Part shown: piece by piece, positions 28,677 to 37,186 of the stretch
Numbering within the stretch: the stretch's first letter is position 1
Layout of the letters: every line of letters begins with the position of its first letter
NCBI GenBank assembly: GCA_020348345.1
Contig: CP070748.1
Location: forward strand, 1,293,051-1,357,050
DNA length: 64,000 nt
Direction of reading: 5' to 3'
DNA from: Methanobacteriota archaeon
GTDB taxonomy: Archaea > Thermoplasmatota > Thermoplasmata > UBA10834
Program-made: the position numbers and the translations under genes
Notes under the pieces: generated by a model
Databases searched by the model: none
Told to the model about the DNA's origin: nothing
Seen by the model: only the letters and a program-made list of their open reading frames with translations

Positions 28677-28868
28677 TCAGTCCTTCTTCTTCTCCAGGGC
28701 GCCCGATATTATCACGGCAGCGGTCACCAGTGCTGCAGACAAGGCACCCCAGTTGGCGTCAAGCGTTTCGTCGAACAGTACGTCGGTCGCTACCTTCACG
28801 ATGAGCAGGGTCAGGAAGAAATAAATCAAACCCAGAATGACCATCATCACCGTGGCGACCAGCGTCAC
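28677..28868 (-). CDS. Small hydrophobic (2-TM) protein; start uncertain
   Basis: C-terminal part of track ORF 28677..29090: VTLVATVMMVILGLIYFFLTLLIV...GALSAALVTAAVIISGALEKKKD. Candidate starts are a GTG at 28868, an ATG at 28847, or a CTG at 28901 behind a GGAGGTGA box. Confidence 0.3.
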   Translation of the reverse strand: MTLVATVMMVILGLIYFFLTLLIVKVATDVLFDETLDANWGALSAALVTAAVIISGALEKKKD

Positions 28869-29142
28869 TGCAAGAACGTCGAGCTTGGCTTTTATCCCCA
28901 GACTTTCACCTCCTACTCGTACCCGGTCGAGGTGATTAAGATATTGACTCTTATATAGAAATGTTTTTCTATGAATATGGCCTCCTTCACCCATCGCTGG
29001 ACATTGCCACCACCCCGGATCACTACGGACGATGCCTTCTCGTGCCAGGCACAAGGCTCCCAGGTCAGTCGCAAACAAAACGCTTTTCAACTATCCGCTG
29101 ATACGGGCGCGAAGGTCCAGTTCGCTACCAAGAGGTATATGC

Positions 29143-30582
29143 ATGGCAGTTGCGCGAATCCGATTTCTGGATAGTGACGAGGAAGATCTGATAGACCAAC
29201 AGAGCATGGAATGCCTCGAGACCATCGGAGTCAAGGTCAAGAGCGCCAGGGTTCTCGAGATGCTCGGAGATGCCGGGGCAGACATTGACATGAAGACGCA
29301 GGTGGCAAGGCTGCCCGAGAGCATGGTGAAGGAAGCACTCGCACATGCGCCTAAGGAGATGATTCTTCATGGAAGGGACGCGAAGCACGACATGAGAATA
29401 CCAGTGAGTTCATGGCCCTACGTCGGCACTTCGGGCTTGGCAACCTATATCATCGATATCAATTCGGGAGAGAAGCGAGATTCGACTGTTTCCGACATAG
29501 CAGACTGCGTGAAGCTCGCGGACGCACTGTCTGGCGTGGACTATGTCCAGACTTCGCTCACGGCCACGGAGGTTCCGCAGCAAACACACGGGCTTCACGA
29601 ACTCTGGACAGCGCTCCAGAACACCACCAAGCATGTCCAGGGAATAGAGATATTCGATGCGGAAGACGCTCGGATGCAGGTCGAAATCGGAGCGCTGGTG
29701 GCAGGGGGCAAGAAGGAACTCGACAAAGAACCTCGCTTCACAGTCATACACTGCTCGATCGCCCCCCTTATGTTCGAGCACGATGCCGTCGAGGCAATGG
29801 TCGAATTCGCGAAGGCGGGGGTCCCAATCACTACGATGACCATGTCGCTCTCGGGTGGTACAGCGCCCGTCACTCTTGCCGGAACGCTGGTGAACGCCAA
29901 CTCCGAGAACCTGGCGAGCTTCGTGATAGGGCAGACCGCCAGAAAGGGCGCTCGAACGATTTACTGCTCATCATCCACACCCGTGAACATGACCACAGGC
30001 ATGATACACTATCAGAGCGCCAACCAGCCGCTGATAGCGGCTGGGCTAGCCCAGATGGCCCGCCGGTACGGAATTCCGTGTATGGTGGGCGACTGGGGCC
30101 TTAACGACACCGACGTTCCTGGTTTCCCGCACACGTTTTCCGAGACGATGGGAATCAGCCTGAGCACGATGTCAGGGACGGATATGATGGGAGGCGTCGG
30201 GTCATTGGACAATGCTAAGGGCATGGCACTTGAACAGGAAGTGATCGATTCCTATGTCTGGGAGAATGTTCGGATGCAGATGACCCCCTTCGAGATCAGC
30301 AATACGACTGCTGCGCTCGACGTGATCAAGGAGGTCGGGCACGGCAATACATTCCTCACCAACATACACACCGCTCGCAACTTCAAGAAGGAGGTCATCC
30401 AGAGGTCTTCGGACAGGGCGAGATTCGAGGCTACCATGTCGAAGGCGATGGTCGCGGAAGCCAAGGAGATCGCGGTCAGGCTGTTGAAGGAGCATGAAGT
30501 AACGCCCGTCGAGAATTCGATTGTTCGCGAAGGCGCTGATCTTTTGCGAAGCTACGAGAAGAAGCGCGCAAAGGCCGCATGA
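29143..30582 (+). CDS. MttB-superfamily (trimethylamine methyltransferase family) protein, non-pyrrolysine type
   Basis: 479 aa from MAVARIRFLDSDEEDLIDQQSMECLETIGVKV..., an N-terminus typical of the MttB family. The ORF is uninterrupted, with no in-frame TAG. Track ORF 29032 trimmed to the ATG at 29143. Confidence 0.8.
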   Translation: MAVARIRFLDSDEEDLIDQQSMECLETIGVKVKSARVLEMLGDAGADIDMKTQVARLPESMVKEALAHAPKEMILHGRDAKHDMRIPVSSWPYVGTSGLATYIIDINSGEKRDSTVSDIADCVKLADALSGVDYVQTSLTATEVPQQTHGLHELWTALQNTTKHVQGIEIFDAEDARMQVEIGALVAGGKKELDKEPRFTVIHCSIAPLMFEHDAVEAMVEFAKAGVPITTMTMSLSGGTAPVTLAGTLVNANSENLASFVIGQTARKGARTIYCSSSTPVNMTTGMIHYQSANQPLIAAGLAQMARRYGIPCMVGDWGLNDTDVPGFPHTFSETMGISLSTMSGTDMMGGVGSLDNAKGMALEQEVIDSYVWENVRMQMTPFEISNTTAALDVIKEVGHGNTFLTNIHTARNFKKEVIQRSSDRARFEATMSKAMVAEAKEIAVRLLKEHEVTPVENSIVREGADLLRSYEKKRAKAA

Positions 30583-30600
30583 CGGCGTCGGGGGATTGCA

Positions 30601-31233
30601 TCAATCATCGAGATCGACCTGGTCCGGCAGGTCAAGGCCTTTTGACTTCTCGGGCGAACCCTGGAATGGCTTTCGAACGAACTTGAAGGCGATCGCGCCC
30701 AGTAGGAATGCAGCTGACGCGAACACGGCGAAGGGTATCACCCAAGACTGACCCTCTAAGGAGAATTCTTCGGCTGCATATCCTTCGTTGAGCCCGTCCT
30801 CGGCGTCAGGGCTAAGAGGGACAAGACCCCTCGAAGAATCATCGCCTTCTCCCAAAGGCATCAATAGACCCGCCGCAAGGAAGAAGACCGCCACCACGAC
30901 GAATATCCACATGGCCGACATCACTATGACTATTCTGGTGTTCTCGCTCGGCGACATAAGGTCACGAGCCTTCCAGGTGAGGCCGTAGTAGACGAACCCG
31001 TGATCCTCGTGTCGCTTGACGAGCCCGCCCTCCTCCATCTTCTTGAGATGGCGGTGGATCGCCCCCTTGTCGATTCCCAGCTCTTCGGAGAGCTGCGAGA
31101 CCGTTCTACGCATTGGCTGCAGGGCCTTGAGCATCTCCAGGCGGGTGTCGGAGGCGAGGGCGAACAACGACTTCTTGTCGAGCTCCACACGCATTTCCCT
31201 GGCACCCAACCAAGGTATGAGCTCCCTGCCCAT
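30601..31233 (-). CDS. ArsR-type winged-helix regulator fused to C-terminal TM helices
   Basis: LFALASDTRLEMLKAL...RTVSQLSEELGIDKGAIHRHLKKMEEGGLVKR HTH, followed by two hydrophobic helices. Confidence 0.7.
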   Translation of the reverse strand: MGRELIPWLGAREMRVELDKKSLFALASDTRLEMLKALQPMRRTVSQLSEELGIDKGAIHRHLKKMEEGGLVKRHEDHGFVYYGLTWKARDLMSPSENTRIVIVMSAMWIFVVVAVFFLAAGLLMPLGEGDDSSRGLVPLSPDAEDGLNEGYAAEEFSLEGQSWVIPFAVFASAAFLLGAIAFKFVRKPFQGSPEKSKGLDLPDQVDLDD

Positions 31234-31290
31234 AAACTTCGCCTCTTCTGGCGGCCTATCTGCATCAGTGGAAGACAGCTTCGACGCCTC

Positions 31291-33120
31291 CTACCAGTAC
31301 ACGTCGCGGTATTCCGACTCGGAGTATTGCAGGTATCCGAGTTCGGAGAGATCGACTAGAGAGTGGGCCATTACAGTCGTTGGTGAGATGGTGAACAGCG
31401 TGTCATCTATGTACAACGATCTCGTCACCCGATAGTAGTAGTCCGCACTCTCATGCTCTATCACATCCCACAGCGATATTCCATCCGTGGTCGAAACGTT
31501 GAAGACCCAAGCGCCTGAGCCATACTCTGGAGTGGTGGTCCAGTAGTAGGTCGAGATCGGGATCACAAGCATTCCTCGATCAGGGTCGTACAACACTGAC
31601 TTGTGGTCGTATGTTGCCGCTGTCCACGACGATGTGCTGACTAGATAGGTATCCTGCTCTACTGGATCTCCAGGATTGGAGACGTCGAACAGGGACAGTT
31701 TGACAGCGCCGTCTTCGCTGCCGATACCAAGGACGTGCTCATCGCCGATAGGATGCAGATAGGATGAGAAGCCCGGTATCTTGAGTTCTCCCAGAACCTT
31801 GGGAGAGTAGGGATCTCTCAGGTCAATGACGAACAACGGATCAATCTGCATGAACGTGACCAGGTAGAGCGTGTCACCGAGGAACCTCGCCGCGTAGATC
31901 CGCTCGGAGGGCGCCAATCCCTCCAGCGAGCCCACCTCCACGAGCTGCGAATCCAGCACATAGACGCTGTTCTCCGGTTCGAGCCATGAGGTCGTCGTGG
32001 CGATCCTGAGCATTCCGTCCTTCTCGTCCATGGAGAATTGATTCAGCAACCAGCCACGCACATTGCCTGTCGCAACGGCGTCCAACCGAAGCCCGTCGAC
32101 GGCTATCTTGTGGATGGTGGTCCTCATGGTGCTCATGACCTCAGGGGCGATCTCGTCGACCGCAGGCAACAGCTCGCCGACCCATTTTCGATATGTCAGA
32201 AACAGAGCATCAGGAGACATGTATATCGTCGACGCGTAGCCGGTTATGACCGCAATCTCCCTATGGCGCCCATCGTCAACGTCAATCGCCATCACGTTAA
32301 CGTAAGCGTCGGTGCACTGCGTCTCGTGGTCGAAGTACACCTTCTCGATGCTGAGCGCAGTCGCGTAGTCGAGAATCCAGATTCTCGGTAGAAGCGGGGC
32401 GTCACCAACCGAGTATATCCTCGATTGGGCTACAAGGTATACTGTGCCGTCAATCATGCGAGAGGCCAGATATCCTCCAGATACGCCAATCGAGTATTCC
32501 AGGCTGGGAGAGGATGCATCACCGATGTTGAACACTGAGACCATTGCCCTGTGATAGTTGACGACTGGCCGAGCTATCGATACCTCTTCCAGGATGTAGT
32601 ACTCTTCCTCGTACTCATACACATTGGAGAGCACCACCAGCCTGTCGTTCCAGAGGAAAAGCCCCCTTACATAGAGTCGTTCCTCGCCGGGCTCGAACCC
32701 GAGGATGTCGGCCTCGTTGAGGACAGCAGCGACCGACATATCGCCTGGAGGATGCGGGTCGACTATCGTGACACAGTTGCCGGATACGGTGAAGATGAAC
32801 TCTCCATTCGTTTTGACGATGTCAGCTTCGTCCACCCCCGACACTTGCACGTTCGTAGTCGAATACGAGTCGGAGCCATCAAACGACATTTCATCAGTTG
32901 AGTCCGGTGAGAGAACTCGCTGTGGCCCATCATAGCTTTCAGCATCCTCCGTCCTCTCAATGAAGTCTATGAGCTCACCGTAAGAGGAAAACGCGGTCAG
33001 GCTCTCATTGTACGGACGAGATACCCAATCGTTGCCGACGAGGGCATATGCGATTGTCCCCCCTGCAACGACCGACGTTGCGACGCACACGATCAAGGCT
33101 GTTCTGATATAGCTGTCCAT
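31291..33120 (-). CDS. Secreted/anchored beta-propeller domain protein (Beta_propel family)
   Basis: YSTTNVQVSGVDEADIVKTNGEFIF is the hallmark of this family. N-terminal anchor MDSYIRTALIVCVATSVVAGG. ATG at 33120 chosen because a TATA box lies at 33150-33157; the track gives a TTG at 33186. Confidence 0.7.
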   Translation of the reverse strand: MDSYIRTALIVCVATSVVAGGTIAYALVGNDWVSRPYNESLTAFSSYGELIDFIERTEDAESYDGPQRVLSPDSTDEMSFDGSDSYSTTNVQVSGVDEADIVKTNGEFIFTVSGNCVTIVDPHPPGDMSVAAVLNEADILGFEPGEERLYVRGLFLWNDRLVVLSNVYEYEEEYYILEEVSIARPVVNYHRAMVSVFNIGDASSPSLEYSIGVSGGYLASRMIDGTVYLVAQSRIYSVGDAPLLPRIWILDYATALSIEKVYFDHETQCTDAYVNVMAIDVDDGRHREIAVITGYASTIYMSPDALFLTYRKWVGELLPAVDEIAPEVMSTMRTTIHKIAVDGLRLDAVATGNVRGWLLNQFSMDEKDGMLRIATTTSWLEPENSVYVLDSQLVEVGSLEGLAPSERIYAARFLGDTLYLVTFMQIDPLFVIDLRDPYSPKVLGELKIPGFSSYLHPIGDEHVLGIGSEDGAVKLSLFDVSNPGDPVEQDTYLVSTSSWTAATYDHKSVLYDPDRGMLVIPISTYYWTTTPEYGSGAWVFNVSTTDGISLWDVIEHESADYYYRVTRSLYIDDTLFTISPTTVMAHSLVDLSELGYLQYSESEYRDVYW

Positions 33121-33169
33121 GATGATCGTTAGACGATTTGTCGCCGGCGTATTTATACGCCGTTTTTCC

Positions 33170-33187
33170 GTTGACTTCGAAGTCAAC
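33170..33187. promoter_or_regulatory. Perfect 18-bp palindrome GTTGACTTCGAAGTCAAC (candidate operator)
   Basis: The sequence equals its own reverse complement. It lies in the divergent intergenic region between the beta-propeller/ArsR operon and the methyltransferase gene, next to the inverted repeat CGGCGTAT-TT-ATACGCCG (33145-33162), which encloses the TATA box. Confidence 0.4.
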
Positions 33188-33282
33188 CAGACCGAGCGGG
33201 CATCAAGGTCGATCTTCTACCCGCCGCCGTGGGCAAGGATATAATATGGCCGGGAGGTTTCGCGTCTGTAGGTTGTTGCAAC

Positions 33283-34332
33283 ATGAAGTGCGGGGAGCCA
33301 ACGCAGACCACACACAGAGTGTTGGTCGGCAACTCACAGAAGATGAGCGAAGTAGCGCCTGCCTCGGTGGATCTCGTAGTGACCTCTCCGCCGTATCCGA
33401 TGATTGAGATGTGGGACGAAACCTTCTATGCCCTCAATGATGGGATACGCTCAAGGATGCAACAGGGCGATGGAGTGAGAGCTCACGAGCTCATGCATGA
33501 TGAGCTCGATGCAGTGTGGAGAGAGACTGACCGGGTTCTGAAAGACGGTGCGATCGCCTGCATAAACATCGGGGACGCTACAAGGACCATCGGTGATCGT
33601 TTTCAGCTCTTTCCGAATCACACGCGTGTGACTGAACGTTTCAGAGAGCTCGGATTCTCTAGCCTGCCATCTATCATATGGAGGAAGCCGACCAACGCGC
33701 CGAACAAATTTATGGGCTCGGGCATGCTGCCGCCGGGCGCCTATGTGACCCTTGAGCACGAACACATTCTCGTCTTCAGGAAGGGCAATAAGCGACAGTT
33801 TCTTTCCGATGAGCAGAAATCCGTCAGGTCAGAGAGCGCCTATTTCTGGGAGGAGAGGAATCTGTGGTTCTCAGACGTGTGGACAGACCTTCGAGGGGTT
33901 AGCCAGAAGCTGAACCACGAACGCGCCCGAGAGAGGAGCGGGGCATTCCCGTTCGAGCTGCCGTACAGGCTGATAAACATGTATTCTGCGAAGCATGACG
34001 TCGTTCTCGATCCGTTCCTCGGAACTGGGACGACAACACTGGCGGCGATTGCATCCGTCAGAAACAGCATCGGATACGAGATGGATGAAACCCTGCCTGC
34101 AATCGTGGCGGATAGACTCGCTGGCTTCGAAGAAGTCGCCAACGATTATACCGGACGCAGAATCGATGCGCACAGAGAATTCGCGGCGAGCAGAGATTGT
34201 GAATTCGTCAATCAACACCACGGATTCCGATGTGTAAGCGCTCAGGAGATGCACATGAGATTCAACCACGTGGACGTCATCGACACCGCAAACTTGTCGA
34301 ACTTCAAGGCGACCTACAGCGATCTGAAATAG
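33283..34332 (+). CDS. DNA methyltransferase, beta-class (motif IV before motif I), TSPPY type
   Basis: DLVVTSPPYP (motif IV) lies near the N-terminus and DPFLGTGTTTLAA (motif I) near the C-terminus. ATG at 33283; an alternative GTG is at 33229. Confidence 0.75.
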   Translation: MKCGEPTQTTHRVLVGNSQKMSEVAPASVDLVVTSPPYPMIEMWDETFYALNDGIRSRMQQGDGVRAHELMHDELDAVWRETDRVLKDGAIACINIGDATRTIGDRFQLFPNHTRVTERFRELGFSSLPSIIWRKPTNAPNKFMGSGMLPPGAYVTLEHEHILVFRKGNKRQFLSDEQKSVRSESAYFWEERNLWFSDVWTDLRGVSQKLNHERARERSGAFPFELPYRLINMYSAKHDVVLDPFLGTGTTTLAAIASVRNSIGYEMDETLPAIVADRLAGFEEVANDYTGRRIDAHREFAASRDCEFVNQHHGFRCVSAQEMHMRFNHVDVIDTANLSNFKATYSDLK

Positions 34333-34437
34333 CGTGCCCATTCATCGCTTTGATCCGCAAACGGTGGGGCAATTGCGGAAGGCGAATGCGCGTGTTGACT
34401 CTGGTCCGCACCGGTGCCTGGCGACCGCAATCAAGCG

Positions 34438-35898
34438 CTAAGGCATGTCGAGTTCCGAAGGCTCGAGCTTCAGACCAATCGAAGCGGCATTCTTCTTGAA
34501 CCTCTTGATAAGCGCGGAATACTCCTTGGTCGGCCTCCTCGTTGACGCGTTCCAGCACTCCTGCAATGATTTGCCAAGAGGGGGTGAGGCAAGCCTCGTC
34601 TCGTACTTCTTCAGCAGCTTCTTGGCAATCTCATTCGCCTCGGACCGCTTCATACCTGCGATCGCGTGTCCAACCTCAGCGGATATCCTCGGCTCCACCG
34701 GCGTCACGCGGTCCTCGTACTTGTTTGTGGCAACGCCGACAGACTCCATCGACAGTCCCGAGGCGACGGCAGCCATGACGGATGCGGATGTCTCATACAG
34801 GCACATTGGAGTACATGGCCCCGCTGCTGTGTAGTTGAGACTGATGCTGAGAAGGTCTGTGTTCCGACTTATCGCCTGACCCATGGTGCTGATGGTCCAA
34901 AGCAACTCTCTGCTGCTGTTCGAAACGTAACGAAGGTGCAACGGAAACGGGATCAGGTAGCTCGTCTGCAGCGTGAGCATCCCCATCAGGTGCGTCGCTA
35001 CTGTGCCGACGGCCGTCCCCTCAGGCCCACCAGAATAGCCACCTACCAGCGGGGAGAAGTCCATGCCTATCGGAGCGCCAATCGAGTGTGCGATGACCGC
35101 CTTGTTCAGTCGGGCGAAGTCCACCTTCATAGGGTCCATGCTGGCAATCATGAACCCATCGGACGGCCTTAGACCAAACCTGGGATGTACGGCCGCGGCG
35201 AGCGACACGTCGGACTCTGCCGTCGATAGGGTGTTCATGAAAGGCTTGCCCTCCCTGCCAACACGGTTGCACGCCTCCCTGCCCAACACGGCGTTCCTCA
35301 TGGTCGCATACAGCTCCAGAGGAGATGCTGGTCTCACGCGCATTCCGCTGACCCTTGTTATTGCGGGAGTGGTGATCGAGTTGGTCTGCGGTATCTCCGC
35401 GAACCCCTCCATTAGCGTCAGGAAGGATTCGTCGCTCGACACAGGGCCCCCGGCAGCTCCGAGGAGACACCAAGGCGGTGCATTGTCCTCGACCTTCCTG
35501 GGAACCATCGCCTTCCTGTCCCTGCCCTCGCCGAAGAATACCTTGGATGGAGCGTTCCGCAATCCCTCCCGCACTTCAGATTCGGTGTAGGATATCACTC
35601 TGCTACTGTCCAAGCAGAATGCGCCCACATCAACAAGGAGTTCAAGGCCTGCTTCGAACAGATCGTCTGCGAGCGAGTTGTCCGCAGGTATCGGATTGTC
35701 GGGATCGAACTTGATCTTGTATTCCCTCACTTTTTCCTGCACCTTCGGAGCGTACCTCCGAAGTTGATAATCGTTCTCGCTCATCGGAGGACCATCGAGC
35801 GTCTTCTCCATAACGTCAAGTACTTGCACCACTACATACACCTCCAGCTCCTTCTTGCCGAACCCGACAGAACCTAGTCCACCATAAACCTTTGGCAT
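34438..35898 (-). CDS. MtmB (monomethylamine methyltransferase) family homologue without pyrrolysine
   Basis: 486 aa. Similar along its whole length to Methanosarcina MtmB as I recall it (YTESEV, FGEGRDRKAMVPRKV, NYTAAGPCTPMCLYETSASV, GKSLQECW). No in-frame TAG. The start lies 7 nt after the DDAH stop. Confidence 0.7.
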   Translation of the reverse strand: MPKVYGGLGSVGFGKKELEVYVVVQVLDVMEKTLDGPPMSENDYQLRRYAPKVQEKVREYKIKFDPDNPIPADNSLADDLFEAGLELLVDVGAFCLDSSRVISYTESEVREGLRNAPSKVFFGEGRDRKAMVPRKVEDNAPPWCLLGAAGGPVSSDESFLTLMEGFAEIPQTNSITTPAITRVSGMRVRPASPLELYATMRNAVLGREACNRVGREGKPFMNTLSTAESDVSLAAAVHPRFGLRPSDGFMIASMDPMKVDFARLNKAVIAHSIGAPIGMDFSPLVGGYSGGPEGTAVGTVATHLMGMLTLQTSYLIPFPLHLRYVSNSSRELLWTISTMGQAISRNTDLLSISLNYTAAGPCTPMCLYETSASVMAAVASGLSMESVGVATNKYEDRVTPVEPRISAEVGHAIAGMKRSEANEIAKKLLKKYETRLASPPLGKSLQECWNASTRRPTKEYSALIKRFKKNAASIGLKLEPSELDMP

Positions 35899-35905
35899 TG
35901 GAGAA

Positions 35906-36652
35906 TCAGAGGAGTATGGATAGGCACGTGAGAGCGCCGTCGCACTTCTCGAATTCGCTGACTTCTACAGAGATCACATCGAATCCTGCACGTTTCACCA
36001 AACGCTGCGATTCTGTCAGTCCGGCAGGCATCAGGACCGAATCACCGATAGCCAAAGTGTCCGCGGCGTATTCCTCTCGTCTGGGCACGACAATCACGCC
36101 CATACCTTCAAGTACGGGGTGTCTGGCGTATCTTTCCGTTGATATGAACGTATCTTCACCGAGGTAAGTGACGTGGCTCTTGAGATGCATCATGCCTTCA
36201 TCGCTGATCGTGTCGACCTTCACCCCAAGCCATTCGCCCATCTGACGGATACCCTCCGCGTTCGTCCGCTGACTCTCACCACATATGAGACGGTCTGGAA
36301 GATGCACGACGTCGCCCCCTTCGATGGTTGCTGGCGCTTCAGCTCGTTTCGTGACAAGGTATTCGCCAAGCGCGCTCTCGACCGCGCTTTCCTCTCCTCT
36401 GCGACTTGGCGCGCCCATGCGAGTGATGAGTGCCTTCCGACCATGCACGACTGCGCAGTCCTCGACGAAGCAGGCGTCAGGGTGACTGTCGTCTTGGGGA
36501 AGAGACAAGACCTCCAATCCGAGGTTGGCAAGGACTGATCTATAGACCTCGTGCTGCATCTGAGCTCGCTTCAGATCAATGCTGTTTCGCAAAGGATGGC
36601 AAGACAGGCATTCCACGTAACTTCTGCCCGGCGGGCGGACGAGCGCTTTCAT
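35906..36652 (-). CDS. N(G),N(G)-dimethylarginine dimethylaminohydrolase (DDAH) family amidinohydrolase
   Basis: ACFVEDCAVV, APSRRGEE, ESQRTNAEGIRQM, MMHLKSHVTYL (catalytic His) and DGALTCLSILL (catalytic Cys) parallel Pseudomonas DDAH. ATG at 36652 has GGTGA upstream. An alternative ATG at 36706 forms an ATGA overlap with the upstream gene. Confidence 0.75.
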   Translation of the reverse strand: MKALVRPPGRSYVECLSCHPLRNSIDLKRAQMQHEVYRSVLANLGLEVLSLPQDDSHPDACFVEDCAVVHGRKALITRMGAPSRRGEESAVESALGEYLVTKRAEAPATIEGGDVVHLPDRLICGESQRTNAEGIRQMGEWLGVKVDTISDEGMMHLKSHVTYLGEDTFISTERYARHPVLEGMGVIVVPRREEYAADTLAIGDSVLMPAGLTESQRLVKRAGFDVISVEVSEFEKCDGALTCLSILL

Positions 36653-36702
36653 GAACTTCACCGTAGTCACCAGTCTTCTTATAGCCGCTGCAGGATAGGA
36701 GG

Positions 36703-37113
36703 TCATTCTGCGCTCTTCTTCCGGGCCTTGGCCTCCTTCTTGAGCCTCTTCTGCTCGGCCTTGGCAATCTTCTTGAGGGCCTTGCTGTCAGTCTCCATCG
36801 CAAGCGGCAGCTCATCGGAAGGTGAGGGGCGAGCGGGCTCTGCCTCGTGTGCCGGATCGGGCTCTCCGAGGTGAGCTTGAGCCGCACGAATGTCCGAAGG
36901 CGATTCATCGACGGTCGCCCCTCGGGCCTTCTGAGGAACAAGCTTCCATACCAGCAACACGACCAGAATCAGGAGTCCAATTCCAAGGAAGGCGGCGAAG
37001 TACCATTGCATCTGCTCCATCACGGCGTAGGCCAACGTGATGACCGCTGCAGCAATGAGGCCTCCCAGCACCTTCTTGAAGACGTCCTTCGTATCCTCTC
37101 CGGTCCACGGCAT
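36703..37113 (-). CDS. Small membrane protein with 2 TM helices and a Lys-rich C-terminal tail
   Basis: 136 aa. LGGLIAAAVITLAYAV and FAAFLGIGLLILVVLLVW helices, then KALKKIAKAEQKRLKKEAKARKK. First gene of the DDAH/MtmB-like operon. Confidence 0.45.
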   Translation of the reverse strand: MPWTGEDTKDVFKKVLGGLIAAAVITLAYAVMEQMQWYFAAFLGIGLLILVVLLVWKLVPQKARGATVDESPSDIRAAQAHLGEPDPAHEAEPARPSPSDELPLAMETDSKALKKIAKAEQKRLKKEAKARKKSAE

Positions 37114-37186
37114 GACATCAATGAATTACGTTGGCTAGTAATAACAGTATGCCCTCGATAATAATGCACCAAAAGAATGATTTCGT

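Noticed and set aside
29143-35898. Looked for in-frame TAG (pyrrolysine) codons splitting the MttB-like and MtmB-like genes into two ORFs
   Set aside because: Both are single uninterrupted ORFs, and TAG terminates many ordinary genes in the window. There is therefore no evidence of Pyl decoding. The absence itself is the observation reported.
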